Part shown: positions 8,678 to 17,978 of the stretch, piece by piece
Layout: each line of letters opens with the position of its first letter
How positions within the stretch are numbered: position 1 is the stretch's first letter
Assembly: GCA_910583735.1 (NCBI GenBank)
Contig: CAJTXS010000005.1
Span: forward strand, 20,828 to 84,827
Origin: an uncultured Christensenella sp.
GTDB taxonomy: Bacteria; Bacillota; Clostridia; Christensenellales; UBA3700
Length of the DNA stretch: 64,000 nucleotides
Direction of reading: 5' to 3'
The notes under the pieces: generated by a model
Told to the model about the DNA's origin: nothing
The model's database searches: none
What the model saw: only the letters and a program-made list of their open reading frames with translations
Program-made: the position numbers and the translations under genes

Positions 8678-9942
8678 TTCTTAAACCTCGCGGCTACGCT
8701 CTCGGCATGAGCGGTGAGACCTTCGGACGAAGCAAAGGCGATAATCTTATCTTTGGCTTTAGCCAGCGCCTTATCGGTGTAATAGATGTACGACGAGCGC
8801 TTGACAAAGTCCTCCGCCGACAGCGGCGAAGAAAAACGCGCGCTGCCGCCCGTAGGCAATGTGTGATTGGGTCCCGCGAAGTAATCTCCCACGGGCTCGG
8901 GGGTGTTGCCGCCCAAGAATATCGAGCCCGCGTTGCGCACCTTATCGAGGTCGCCGAATGGGTCGCGAGTGCACAGCTCGAGGTGCTCGGGCGCAATGGA
9001 ATTGGCGATATCGATAGCCTCGTCAATGCTTGAACACATTATAATCTTGCCGTTATTTTCTATAGAGACGGATGCGATGTCCGCTCTGTCAAGGGCGGAT
9101 AGTCGCCTGTCTAAAGCCGTTGCCACATCTCTTGCAAGCTCGGAGCTGTCGGTGACAAGCACTGCGGAAGCAAGTCTGTCGTGCTCAGCCTGAGAAAGCA
9201 TGTCCGCGGCGACACAGTCGGGGTCGGCGGAAGAGTCGGCGATTATCAGCACCTCGCTGGGACCTGCAATCATATCGATATCCGTCTGTCCGAATACGAG
9301 ACGCTTAGCCGTAGCGACATAAATATTGCCCGGTCCCGTAATCTTGTCGACGGCAGCTATGCTCTCCGTGCCGTAAGCGAGCGCCGCTATGGCCTGAGCT
9401 CCGCCCACCTTATATATCTTATCTACGCCTGCGATATCCGCCGCTATGAGTATCTCGTCTTTAATCCTGCCTGCGGGTGTGACCATGATTATCTCGCCTA
9501 CCCCCGCTATCTTGGCGGGAGTCGCGTTCATGAGCACGGTAGATGGATAGCTGGCTGTACCGCCGGGGACATATATGCCTACTCTCGCGAGCGGAGTTAC
9601 CTTCTGCCCCAATACTATGCCGTCCTCGCCGCGCATCTCGAAGCCGCCGCCAAGCTGACGGGCATGAAATGCCGCTATATTGGCATGCGCCTCGCGCAAT
9701 ATATCTATCATCCCTTTATCGCAGCGCGCGTAAGCGTCTGCTATCTCTTGCTCTGATACAGGCTTGCCATCGTAACCGCACTTATCGTATAGCATTGTGT
9801 ACTCGGCAACCGCGATGTCGCCGCGGCTCCTCACATCCGCTATAATATCCGCTACCCGCGCGGTTATATCGAGGTCTACCTCGGCGCTCCTGTTGAAAAT
9901 TCCGCGGCGCTTAGCCTCAACCGCGTCAATAATCTCTATCAT
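8674..9942 (-). CDS. hisD: Histidinol dehydrogenase
   Basis: Motifs GPGNIYVATAKR, SQAEHD, APEHLEL and GDYFAGPNHTLPT. Confidence 0.95.
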   Translation of the reverse strand: MIEIIDAVEAKRRGIFNRSAEVDLDITARVADIIADVRSRGDIAVAEYTMLYDKCGYDGKPVSEQEIADAYARCDKGMIDILREAHANIAAFHARQLGGGFEMRGEDGIVLGQKVTPLARVGIYVPGGTASYPSTVLMNATPAKIAGVGEIIMVTPAGRIKDEILIAADIAGVDKIYKVGGAQAIAALAYGTESIAAVDKITGPGNIYVATAKRLVFGQTDIDMIAGPSEVLIIADSSADPDCVAADMLSQAEHDRLASAVLVTDSSELARDVATALDRRLSALDRADIASVSIENNGKIIMCSSIDEAIDIANSIAPEHLELCTRDPFGDLDKVRNAGSIFLGGNTPEPVGDYFAGPNHTLPTGGSARFSSPLSAEDFVKRSSYIYYTDKALAKAKDKIIAFASSEGLTAHAESVAARFKK

Positions 9943-10556
9943 AATTTAGTCTCCAATAAAGACCTCAGTCTGTCAATTCCTTCTTTCTTAAATCTGTACG
10001 CCGCCTTGTTGGCAATAAGGCGGGTGCTTATGGGCACTATCTCCTCTTTTACTTCGAGGTTATTCTCCTTGAGAGTCGTGCCGGTCTCCACGATATCCAC
10101 AATGACGTCGGACAGCCCCAGTATAGGCGCAAGCTCAATAGAACCGTTAAGTTTAATCACTCGTATCTCTCTTCCGATACCCGCGTAATAGCTGCGCGCT
10201 ATGTGCGTAAACTTTGTAGCTACCTTGAGCGGTCTTTCCGTATCGTCGATAAAGTCCTTCTTGGCGGCTACCGCCATACGGCACTTGCCCATCTTAAGGT
10301 CGCTGAGCTCGTACACGTCGGGAGAATACTCGAGCAAGATATCCTTGCCCACCACGCCGAGGTCGGCGGCGCCGAGCTCGACATATATAGCAACGTCGGA
10401 CGGCTTGACCCAGAAGTAACTCACTCCCTTGGCTTCGTCGGAGAATACGAGCTTACGGTTGTCGGGGTCCCACTCCTTGCAGTCGTATCCGATACTGCTG
10501 AGCAACGCGTACACTTTCTCTCCCAATCTGCCTTTAGGCAACGCGATATTTAACAT
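9939..10556 (-). CDS. hisG: ATP phosphoribosyltransferase, short form
   Basis: Motifs MLNIALPKGRL, DLGVVGKDIL and DIVETGTTLKEN. It is about 205 aa from ATG 10556 and is paired with hisZ. Confidence 0.9.
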   Translation of the reverse strand: MLNIALPKGRLGEKVYALLSSIGYDCKEWDPDNRKLVFSDEAKGVSYFWVKPSDVAIYVELGAADLGVVGKDILLEYSPDVYELSDLKMGKCRMAVAAKKDFIDDTERPLKVATKFTHIARSYYAGIGREIRVIKLNGSIELAPILGLSDVIVDIVETGTTLKENNLEVKEEIVPISTRLIANKAAYRFKKEGIDRLRSLLETKL

Positions 10557-11626
10557 ACGTCTCCCTCCTTGCCGTACCGTACGACCGTGCCCAATCTGCA
10601 CTTGGGCGCGCTCATACCCACATATACGCTCTTTCCCTGCGCTCTGAGTTCGTCGGCGCGGCGCATGACCTCGCAGGCATCGTCGCCCTCGCCGTATAGC
10701 AAAGCGATATCCACGGGCGGAGCAATGACCGCGGGCGCCGCCTCGAGATTGACGGCAAAGCCTATTGCCTGCGCCCTCTTGCCCAACTTCTCGGGCAGCT
10801 TGTCATACTGACCGCCCACTATCACAGCCTTGGGATAGTCGCGTATAAATCCGTTGTATATAATTCCGTTGTAATAATCGAGATGGTTGACTACCGAGAA
10901 GTCCAATCTGACCTTATCTCCGAGATTGCGCTTATCGAGTAAGTCGCATAAGCCCGTCAACTCGTCGAGCGCTCTCAGCGCCTCTTCGCCTACGGCGATA
11001 TCTTTAAGCGCAGGCAGGACGTCCTTGGGCGCGCCGCTCATAGCGCACAGTGCCGACAGCGACGCCGCGACATCTTCGGATAAGCCTTCCTTAAGTGCGA
11101 GCGAGCGCAGATTGTGCGCGCTCTTGCTTGCTATCTCGTCGTATATCTTACCCTTGCACTCGGCAGCTACGGGCAGGGACGACACAATGCCGTGTATAAG
11201 TCCGCTGTGCGATATGTCGAGCACATAGCTGTCGCTGAGCATGGCGAGGCTCTTGACGATGAGTTCCACTATCTCCGCCATCGCGACGATGTCCACCTTA
11301 CCTATCACCTCGACGCCCGTCTGCCTTATCTCCGCATAGCCGTCTTCGCCCGTCTGTCTGAAAACAGCCTCGTTATAATACAACTTCTCCCCGCAGTCAT
11401 AGTCCGCCTTGGTATTGTTAATGATAGAAAGCGTAACGTCGGGACGGAGCGCAAGCAACTTGCCGTCGGCGCCGCCGAAGGTAATCACTCTCTTATCTGC
11501 GAGGAAGTCCATATTGTCTACATACAGAGCGTATTCCTCAAAGCGTCTCATGCGATACTTGCGGTATCCGTAGGACGCGTACAGCTCGCCGAGCGCGAGC
11601 GGCAATCTCTCTTCGCTGTAAGTCAT
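10550..11626 (-). CDS. hisZ: ATP phosphoribosyltransferase regulatory subunit (HisRS paralog)
   Basis: A 358-aa HisRS-like catalytic-core paralog without an anticodon domain, located directly upstream of short-form hisG. Confidence 0.85.
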   Translation of the reverse strand: MTYSEERLPLALGELYASYGYRKYRMRRFEEYALYVDNMDFLADKRVITFGGADGKLLALRPDVTLSIINNTKADYDCGEKLYYNEAVFRQTGEDGYAEIRQTGVEVIGKVDIVAMAEIVELIVKSLAMLSDSYVLDISHSGLIHGIVSSLPVAAECKGKIYDEIASKSAHNLRSLALKEGLSEDVAASLSALCAMSGAPKDVLPALKDIAVGEEALRALDELTGLCDLLDKRNLGDKVRLDFSVVNHLDYYNGIIYNGFIRDYPKAVIVGGQYDKLPEKLGKRAQAIGFAVNLEAAPAVIAPPVDIALLYGEGDDACEVMRRADELRAQGKSVYVGMSAPKCRLGTVVRYGKEGDVC

Positions 11627-11901
11627 ACGTCCCTCTTAACGAATTTCGCATATCCGCCGCCGCCGTAATTGATACAGCGCGATACGCGGCTGAGCGTAGC
11701 GGACGAGATATCTATCTCTTCCGTAATCTGCGCGTAAGTCTTACCTTCGAGGAAGAGCTTGGCGGCATAAGCGCGCTGCGCCATCTGCTCGACCTCTTTA
11801 TTGGTGCAAAGGTCGTCGAGCAAAATCTTGCAGTCTTCTCTGCTGCTTACCGATACGAGTATATCGTATAAATCTTCTTTAAGCTGAGCTATATTTTCCA
11901 A
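11623..11901 (-). CDS. TrpR/YerC/YecD-family small DNA-binding protein, first cistron of the his operon (HisR-type candidate)
   Basis: 92 aa with the C-terminal HTH ISSATLSRVSRCINYGGGGY. It has a TTG start with AGAGGTG 7 nt upstream, and its stop overlaps the hisZ ATG (ATGA). Confidence 0.75.
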   Translation of the reverse strand: MENIAQLKEDLYDILVSVSSREDCKILLDDLCTNKEVEQMAQRAYAAKLFLEGKTYAQITEEIDISSATLSRVSRCINYGGGGYAKFVKRDV

Positions 11902-11924
11902 TTAAGTCACCTCTTGTTAATAAA

Positions 11925-11953
11925 TTATACTTTATTATGCTAAAGAAGTAAAG
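11925..11953 (-). promoter_or_regulatory. Candidate his operon promoter
   Basis: On the minus strand, TTTACT (11953-11948) is followed after 17 nt by TATAAT (11930-11925). This leaves a leader of only about 20-25 nt. Confidence 0.45.
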
Positions 11954-12183
11954 TGTTTTTATAAAATTAATTTTTACCTTTTTATCAATTTTTTTATCGT
12001 TAAATATTCCGAAATAACGATAAGACGCGTTTGCATACAATCGACGCTGTTCAAGCCTATTAACCCTATATTAATTTATTGCCTCACGCCTTTAATTCGA
12101 CTGTCTTTATCAATGATTCGTTTAATCGGTATATGCGCTATTATAATGGATTATTATCAAACGCTTTACAAGCTATTGCGAGC

Positions 12184-12211
12184 AATAAATAAGCGGGGAA
12201 GCTATCCCCGC
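12184..12211 (-). terminator. Terminator after the PII-like genes
   Basis: GCGGGGA (12193-12199) pairs with TCCCCGC (12205-12211). TTATTTATT follows on the minus strand. Confidence 0.55.
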
Positions 12212-12236
12212 CGTAAAATCCCAATTAAATTGACAA

Positions 12237-12656
12237 TTAATCTTTACCGCCTTCTGCGTCGCACTTGACGGGCTGCTCGGCAGCCTTATCGTCCGAGTCC
12301 GTCAAGGTAGCTGCGGGAGCTGCGTTGTTAATCTTACGCAGACCCACTATGCTGTCGACGGGCAAAGAGAACGTAATACCCGTGCCCTGTCCGCCCTCGA
12401 GGCTGTTGGCTATGGCTATCTCGCGCATGATATCGCTGCGGATATCCTTAGGCGCAACGATAATGATAATATCCTTCTCCTGCTGGACGGTGATATTAAA
12501 GAACTGCATGGCTTCCTTACTGCCCGTGCCTCTTGCGTGCAAGACGGTGCCGCCCCTTGCGCCCTTGCTCTTGGCGGCGTCCATGACGCGCTCGGAAAAA
12601 CCTCTGTCTACTACTGTGACTATCAGCTCGTAAACGATATCGTTGTTATCCATCAT
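12237..12656 (-). CDS. PII-like signal transduction protein with an acidic/Ala-rich C-terminal tail
   Basis: A roughly 110-aa ferredoxin-like core (YELIVTVVDRGFSERVMDAAKSKGARGGTVLHARGTGS...IIIIVAPKD) plus a roughly 30-aa tail. The start overlaps the upstream stop (TAATG). Confidence 0.7.
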   Translation of the reverse strand: MMDNNDIVYELIVTVVDRGFSERVMDAAKSKGARGGTVLHARGTGSKEAMQFFNITVQQEKDIIIIVAPKDIRSDIMREIAIANSLEGGQGTGITFSLPVDSIVGLRKINNAAPAATLTDSDDKAAEQPVKCDAEGGKD

Positions 12657-12997
12657 TATACCCTCCTGCCTTCTATCAAATCAATACTCTTGCGTCCGCA
12701 CAGCGACGCAAGAGGGACGGTAAATACTATCCCGCTGCCGCTGACGGTAAGCGAAAATATGTCTTCCGCCATACGCATAACTTCCTGCGCGATATCGCCG
12801 CGTATGAGCGCCATCGCAACGTCCTTATCCTTGGATGCAAGTCCCAACCACTGAAGTATTTCGCCGCCTGCAGTACCTGTACCCATCGCTACCGCGCTGC
12901 AGTACACGCCGCGAGCGGACAGCAGCTTTTCCATCTCGCTGCCCATACCTCTGTTGAGTATGGATATCAGCAACTTATATTCTCCGCGTTTAGCCAT
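12656..12997 (-). CDS. PII-like signal transduction protein
   Basis: 113 aa: YKLLISILNRGMGSEMEKLLSARGVYCSAVAMGTGTAGGE...VAMALIRGD. It has the same fold pattern as its neighbour. Confidence 0.65.
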   Translation of the reverse strand: MAKRGEYKLLISILNRGMGSEMEKLLSARGVYCSAVAMGTGTAGGEILQWLGLASKDKDVAMALIRGDIAQEVMRMAEDIFSLTVSGSGIVFTVPLASLCGRKSIDLIEGRRV

Positions 12998-13007
12998 ACC
13001 TCTCTCC

Positions 13008-14540
13008 TTACTCGTCGAACTCTATTATTTCCAAATCAAGACCTTCGATAGCCTTGTTAGTCTGAACAGGCGCATTGCGAGCGGCTCTGCGAGACTTGAT
13101 CACGCCGACCAAGCCGAGTATCTGTATCGTAAGCAGTGGCGTCATGGCAATAAGCGCTACAGTGCCGAAAGCGTCCGTAAGCACATTGCGTCCCAACGCG
13201 TCCGCAACTCCGATGATGAGCGGCAGAATGAATGTGGACGCCATAGGTCCGCTGGCAACTCCGCCGCTGTCGAAGGCAATAGCCGTAAATACCTTGGGCA
13301 CGGCAAACGTGAGCGCGAGCGCAATCGCATATCCCGGAGCGATGAACCACCATAAAGATACGCCGTACATCGCCCTGATTACGCCTATCAGCAGCGCCAC
13401 CGCCATACCGAACATGAGCGCGAGCATGACGCTCCTGCGCTTGATTGTGCCGGTTGTAATCTCTTCGACCTGCTTGGTAAGCACGTGGACGGCGGGCTCT
13501 GCAAATACTATAAAGAATCCCACCACTACGCCGAGCGGCATGAGCAGCCACGAATACTTTGAATTGGCTATCGTGTGTCCGAGCACGCTGCCCGCCTCGG
13601 AAAATCCGTACTTGACGCCCGTCAAGAATATTATCAAGCCCAAGTACACATAGAGCAATCCCGACAGAATAACCGCGACTTTCTTCTTGGGCAAGCGCAG
13701 CTTAGCGAATTGGAATATCAAAAATACCGCGACAACAGGCGCAATTGCGATAGATACCTCTTGCAGGCAGCCGAGCAGCACCGAACCGAACGCTCCGCCC
13801 GAGCTCTCTATAATCATCTCGCCGCCGGGGAAGAAGAGTCCGAGCAACATAACCGCTATAAGCGGACCTACCGAGCACAGCGCTACTATACCGAAGTTAT
13901 CTTCCGCCTTGTTGTCTCCTCTCACCGACGCTATACCTATACCGAAAGCCATTACGAAAGGCACAGTGATAGGTCCCGTAGTCACGCCGCCGCTGTCAAA
14001 AGCTACCGCCAGAAACTCGGGATTGACCACCTGCAAAATTATAGCCAATATAAAGACGAGCGCATACGAGCCGAGCAAGAGATAATTGAGCTTAAATCCG
14101 AATACTCCGCGAAGCACGGATATTATAAGAAAGAATCCCACGCCCACCGCGACGGGGAATACAAGCAAAAGCTTGCTGCCGAATACCGCCTCCAGCTGTC
14201 CCGCGAGCACCCACAGATCGGGCTCGGCGACGGTGACAGCTATGCCGAGTATCAGGCTGATAATCATAACGACGACGAGCTGACGCGCCGCACTGCTCTT
14301 GCCCTGCTTGAGCTTCTGCTTATTGATGAGCTTAGAACCTATATTCTCGCCTATCGTGATCATGGATATGTCCACGCCCAAAGAAAAGAGCGTGATACCC
14401 GCCACGATCATTATGAATCCTATTACGAAATTGATTATTACGGACTTATCGACGCCGAATGAAAACAACAATATCAGCACTATCGCCGATACGGGCGCTA
14501 CGCTGATAAGAGCTTCTTTCAGTTTATGCAAAAGTTTCAT
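13008..14540 (-). CDS. Polytopic membrane protein built from two DUF1538-type repeats
   Basis: 510 aa and very hydrophobic. Each half carries the motif FDSGGV(T/A)(T/S)GP (AFDSGGVTTGPITVPF and AFDSGGVASGPMASTF). The family assignment is from memory of DUF1538/PII neighbourhoods. Confidence 0.65.
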   Translation of the reverse strand: MKLLHKLKEALISVAPVSAIVLILLFSFGVDKSVIINFVIGFIMIVAGITLFSLGVDISMITIGENIGSKLINKQKLKQGKSSAARQLVVVMIISLILGIAVTVAEPDLWVLAGQLEAVFGSKLLLVFPVAVGVGFFLIISVLRGVFGFKLNYLLLGSYALVFILAIILQVVNPEFLAVAFDSGGVTTGPITVPFVMAFGIGIASVRGDNKAEDNFGIVALCSVGPLIAVMLLGLFFPGGEMIIESSGGAFGSVLLGCLQEVSIAIAPVVAVFLIFQFAKLRLPKKKVAVILSGLLYVYLGLIIFLTGVKYGFSEAGSVLGHTIANSKYSWLLMPLGVVVGFFIVFAEPAVHVLTKQVEEITTGTIKRRSVMLALMFGMAVALLIGVIRAMYGVSLWWFIAPGYAIALALTFAVPKVFTAIAFDSGGVASGPMASTFILPLIIGVADALGRNVLTDAFGTVALIAMTPLLTIQILGLVGVIKSRRAARNAPVQTNKAIEGLDLEIIEFDE

Positions 14541-14614
14541 CTACACTATCCCTTTATGCCGATGTTATCCGTGTTATATATGCGATTTAGACGTACGGCG
14601 TTACCGCATAGCGC

Positions 14615-14640
14615 AATAAGACGCGAAGTCGCGTCTTATT
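14615..14640 (-). terminator. Hairpin between the hydrogenase operon and the DUF1538 operon
   Basis: AATAAGACGCG-aagt-CGCGTCTTATT is an 11-bp stem. The U-tract lies partly inside the stem. Confidence 0.5.
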
Positions 14641-14762
14641 GTATAATACAGTCGACATATTTCGCAACCTTTTTAGCTGATAATAATACCGACAGATATA
14701 TTTTATCAGTAATATTTCGGTCCATGCAATTAAGAATCCGAGCCTTACGTATCTTTGGCTTA

Positions 14763-16214
14763 TTAATTCGAATTCCTATCGTCTTCCGCCTGCAAACTCA
14801 TCTTGTACAGCTTGACAGAGCCGTCGATATTCTTTTCCTTAGCGGACTGACCGTACTTGTCTACGTCTATCATATTCTTCATGCCGTGATGGAGACAGAG
14901 CGCGCCGTTGATACATCCGCCGTCGCAAGCCATGCCCTCAAAGAAGTTCTCGGCAGACTTACCCATCTTTAGCTTGAGCAAATTAACTCTGCACTGATCT
15001 ATGCCGCTCATGGCTATCGGGTTGATACCCGTCACGCCCATGGACTCGCCTACAGCCTTTATGCCCTGCGCTATGCCGCACGACTTGGCGAATATCCTGC
15101 CGTAATACGAAGCATTGTCAAGCGGAGTGCCCTCCAGCGCGGTAACGTCCACGTCGCGCGCATCGAGGAACGCCTGTAACTCCTCGAAGGAAATAACGCA
15201 GTCCACGGCTCCGTCCGTCTTAGGCATTCTGAACTCCATCTTCTTACTCGTACAAGGTCCGATAAATACTACCTTGGCGGTAGGGTCGGTGCGCTTGATG
15301 AGCTTAGCCGCCTCCACCATAGGAGAATTGGACGAGGAAATATATTGCCTCAGCTCGGGGAAGTTCTTCTCAACGAACATGACGAAGGAAGGACAGCACG
15401 ACGTTGTCATAACGCCCTTCTCCTTAAACTCTTCCGCCTCGTGATACAGCACGATATCCGCGCCGAGCGCCGCCTCCGTGACCTGATGGAAGCCGAGCAT
15501 CTTGATACCCGTGATTACCTGCTCTATCGCCGCATACTTGAATTGGCTGACTATCGCGGGAGCAATCACCGCATGCACCTTATACTTGGCGCCGCCCTCC
15601 GACTTCTTGAGCAAATCTATGCAGTCGAGTATGTAAGACTTATCCTGTATGGCTCCGAAAGGACACTGATAGACGCATGCGCCGCACATGATGCACTTAG
15701 AGAAGTCTATACGAGCCTTCTTGTCCTCGTTCATGCTGATGGCTTTCACCTTGCAACTCATCATACAAGGACGCTGCTGGTGAATGATTGCGTTGTACGG
15801 ACATGCCTGTACGCACTTGCCGCACTCGATACATTTATCTTTGTCGATAATGGGCTTGTTGTTGACCACGGTAATAGCGCCCTTGGGGCAGACGTGATAA
15901 CACATATGATTGAGACAGCCTCTGCAAGCGGGCGTGACGTAAATACCGCCGATAGGACACTCGTCGCACGCCTCGTCGATGACTTCTATGACGTTGGGGT
16001 CGCTCTTGTTGCCGCCTTTAGCCATACGGATACGCTCTTGCAATATCGCCCTCTCTTTATAAATACAGCACCTCATCGTAGCCTTGGGACCGGGGACAAT
16101 CTTCTTGGGAATATCCGTATAGATGTCGTCCATGTCGCCGTTGTATGCGCTGCGGATGAGCTCTTTGAGCACCTCGTACTTCAGCTCCTGTATCTTAGTA
16201 TCGAATTTATTCAT
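14763..16214 (-). CDS. [FeFe]-hydrogenase catalytic-type protein (HfsD-like, group B-like)
   Basis: Two ferredoxin-type clusters (CIECGKCVQACP, CIMCGACVYQCP) and H-cluster motifs TSCCPSF, IGPCTSKKMEF and GMACDGGCINGA. Confidence 0.85.
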   Translation of the reverse strand: MNKFDTKIQELKYEVLKELIRSAYNGDMDDIYTDIPKKIVPGPKATMRCCIYKERAILQERIRMAKGGNKSDPNVIEVIDEACDECPIGGIYVTPACRGCLNHMCYHVCPKGAITVVNNKPIIDKDKCIECGKCVQACPYNAIIHQQRPCMMSCKVKAISMNEDKKARIDFSKCIMCGACVYQCPFGAIQDKSYILDCIDLLKKSEGGAKYKVHAVIAPAIVSQFKYAAIEQVITGIKMLGFHQVTEAALGADIVLYHEAEEFKEKGVMTTSCCPSFVMFVEKNFPELRQYISSSNSPMVEAAKLIKRTDPTAKVVFIGPCTSKKMEFRMPKTDGAVDCVISFEELQAFLDARDVDVTALEGTPLDNASYYGRIFAKSCGIAQGIKAVGESMGVTGINPIAMSGIDQCRVNLLKLKMGKSAENFFEGMACDGGCINGALCLHHGMKNMIDVDKYGQSAKEKNIDGSVKLYKMSLQAEDDRNSN

Positions 16215-16238
16215 ATTTCTGTCGCTCCCAGCCGAAAA

Positions 16239-16799
16239 TTATATTTTTATATGTTCGCTCGCTATCTCTTTGCGAGACATGAGCTCTTTAAGCGTAAGTG
16301 TACCGTCCTCTAACACGAGATAGCTGTGCGCGCTGCCTCCCTTGGGTAAAGACACGCTGCCCGCGTTGGCAATCAAGACGCTCTTGCCGTCAATCGTCTT
16401 TACGCGAGATATGCTCCCCTCGTGGAAGTGTCCGTATATCAGCGCGTCGCCGCAAGATAATGGAATATTATCTTTATTATACACATGTCCGTGCGTAAGC
16501 GTAATCTTGACGCCGCCGTCGAATATGCAGCAACTGTCGGTAAAGCCGAACTCGGATATCAGTAAATCCACTTCGCTGTCGCAATTACCCTTAACTACCG
16601 TAAGCTTGTCTGCCAACGCGTTGAGCATATTCGCCACCTCGAGCGGCGCATATTCGGATGTGACGGGATTGCGCGGTCCGGGATTGTATATATCGCCGAG
16701 CAGTATCAACTGTTCCGCTCCCTCGGCGCGGAAAGCCTCTATCAGCAAAGACGCGTATCTTGCGTTGCCGTGTATGTCCGATGCTATGACGTACTTCAT
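16239..16799 (-). CDS. YfcE/MJ0936-family metallophosphoesterase
   Basis: Motifs SDIHGN, LLGDIYNPG, KGNCDS, LTHGH and YGHFH. Confidence 0.8.
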   Translation of the reverse strand: MKYVIASDIHGNARYASLLIEAFRAEGAEQLILLGDIYNPGPRNPVTSEYAPLEVANMLNALADKLTVVKGNCDSEVDLLISEFGFTDSCCIFDGGVKITLTHGHVYNKDNIPLSCGDALIYGHFHEGSISRVKTIDGKSVLIANAGSVSLPKGGSAHSYLVLEDGTLTLKELMSRKEIASEHIKI

Positions 16800-16809
16800 A
16801 CTCTTAATC

Positions 16810-17970
16810 CTAATTATATTCTATATCCACTCTCTTGCCCATTGACTTGAGATTGTCGGCGAGTTTCTCGACCAACTTAAGTTTCATTGTTATGTCGATA
16901 GGCAAGCCCTTGTGCGCTATATTAGCGCTCTGCCCCACCAGAAAATGTATGTCCGTAGCCTGCTCGAATAACAAGTTGGCAAGCAGCGAAGCTCCGTCTC
17001 GCTTGTCGTAATACTTGGGCGAGAGGTCGCTGGTACTGTTATACTTCTCGGCAAGCTCGAGCAGTCTGCGCAGTGTGATTACGCCCTCGGTGGTAAGGTC
17101 TATGCCGTCTATATGTCCGATAGGCGGGATGTCCTTGTCTACGAATTCGAGCACCGTATCCACACTCTTGCCCAGATACCTTGCCACTATCTGCGACGTA
17201 GTGCCTCCGCACACCGCCTTCTTACCGTCGTAGCTCATCAGCTTGGACACGCAATAGTCGTCCATATCCTTATTGACTGGCGCGCCTACCATAATCGCAA
17301 CCTGCATGCTCTTGCGAAGTTTGACCGCGGCTACGGTGGTATCGTCGCCCGGCTCGTTCATATATAAATCGTTACACGCTCCCGCAAGCTGGCAAGCTAC
17401 CGCCTTAGCGGTCATGCGCGGCTCGATTACTCTGTCCAGATACTCCATTACCTCGGGACGCTGCCATCCGAAGTTGAGCAGCATACCTATGCCGGCATGG
17501 ATTACGCCGTCGCTCATAAAGACGATGATATCGCCCTCTTGCATGTTAAGATCGCTCTTATATACCTTCTTGCCGAGCACGCACATCTCTTTACGCTCGA
17601 TATCGCGGCACTTGCCGTTGCTGAAGTATATGGCGGGGGGATTGTCGAACTCGAACATCACTCCCTTGCCCTCGTCGTCGATATGCACTACGGTAAATGT
17701 AGCATACGCAACATTGCGCACTTTGCATACGGGAAGCGTCTCGAGAATGGTCTCGACGCAGTCCTCTATGGATATCTCGCTCGCAACCATGGTGCACAGT
17801 ATCTTGGAGGTGAGCATGGAGAGGATATTGGCCTTAACGCCGCTGCCCATGCCGTCGGCGAGCACTACCGTGGTATGCTTACCGTCCGTGTATGTCTGGA
17901 CGTTGTCGCCGCATAGCTCCTCGCCCTTTTTGTTGAGCGAGCTGTATCCGTATTCCAGCGTGACTGACAT
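16810..17970 (-). CDS. PP2C/SpoIIE-family serine phosphatase with an uncharacterised C-terminal domain of about 170 aa (HfsC-like)
   Basis: CGDNVQTYTDGKHTTVVLADGMGSGVKANILS and FMSDGVIHAG...PGDDTTVAAVKL match the SpoIIE-type PP2C pattern. Confidence 0.85.
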   Translation of the reverse strand: MSVTLEYGYSSLNKKGEELCGDNVQTYTDGKHTTVVLADGMGSGVKANILSMLTSKILCTMVASEISIEDCVETILETLPVCKVRNVAYATFTVVHIDDEGKGVMFEFDNPPAIYFSNGKCRDIERKEMCVLGKKVYKSDLNMQEGDIIVFMSDGVIHAGIGMLLNFGWQRPEVMEYLDRVIEPRMTAKAVACQLAGACNDLYMNEPGDDTTVAAVKLRKSMQVAIMVGAPVNKDMDDYCVSKLMSYDGKKAVCGGTTSQIVARYLGKSVDTVLEFVDKDIPPIGHIDGIDLTTEGVITLRRLLELAEKYNSTSDLSPKYYDKRDGASLLANLLFEQATDIHFLVGQSANIAHKGLPIDITMKLKLVEKLADNLKSMGKRVDIEYN

Positions 17971-17978
17971 ATGAGGCG

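Noticed and set aside
11902-12236. Possible histidine T-box or attenuator leader upstream of the his operon
   Set aside because: There is no T-box consensus (AGGGUGGNACCGCG-like) and no terminator/antiterminator pair on the minus strand. The only strong hairpin (12193-12211) is the terminator of the upstream PII-like genes. The best promoter leaves a leader of only about 20-25 nt.
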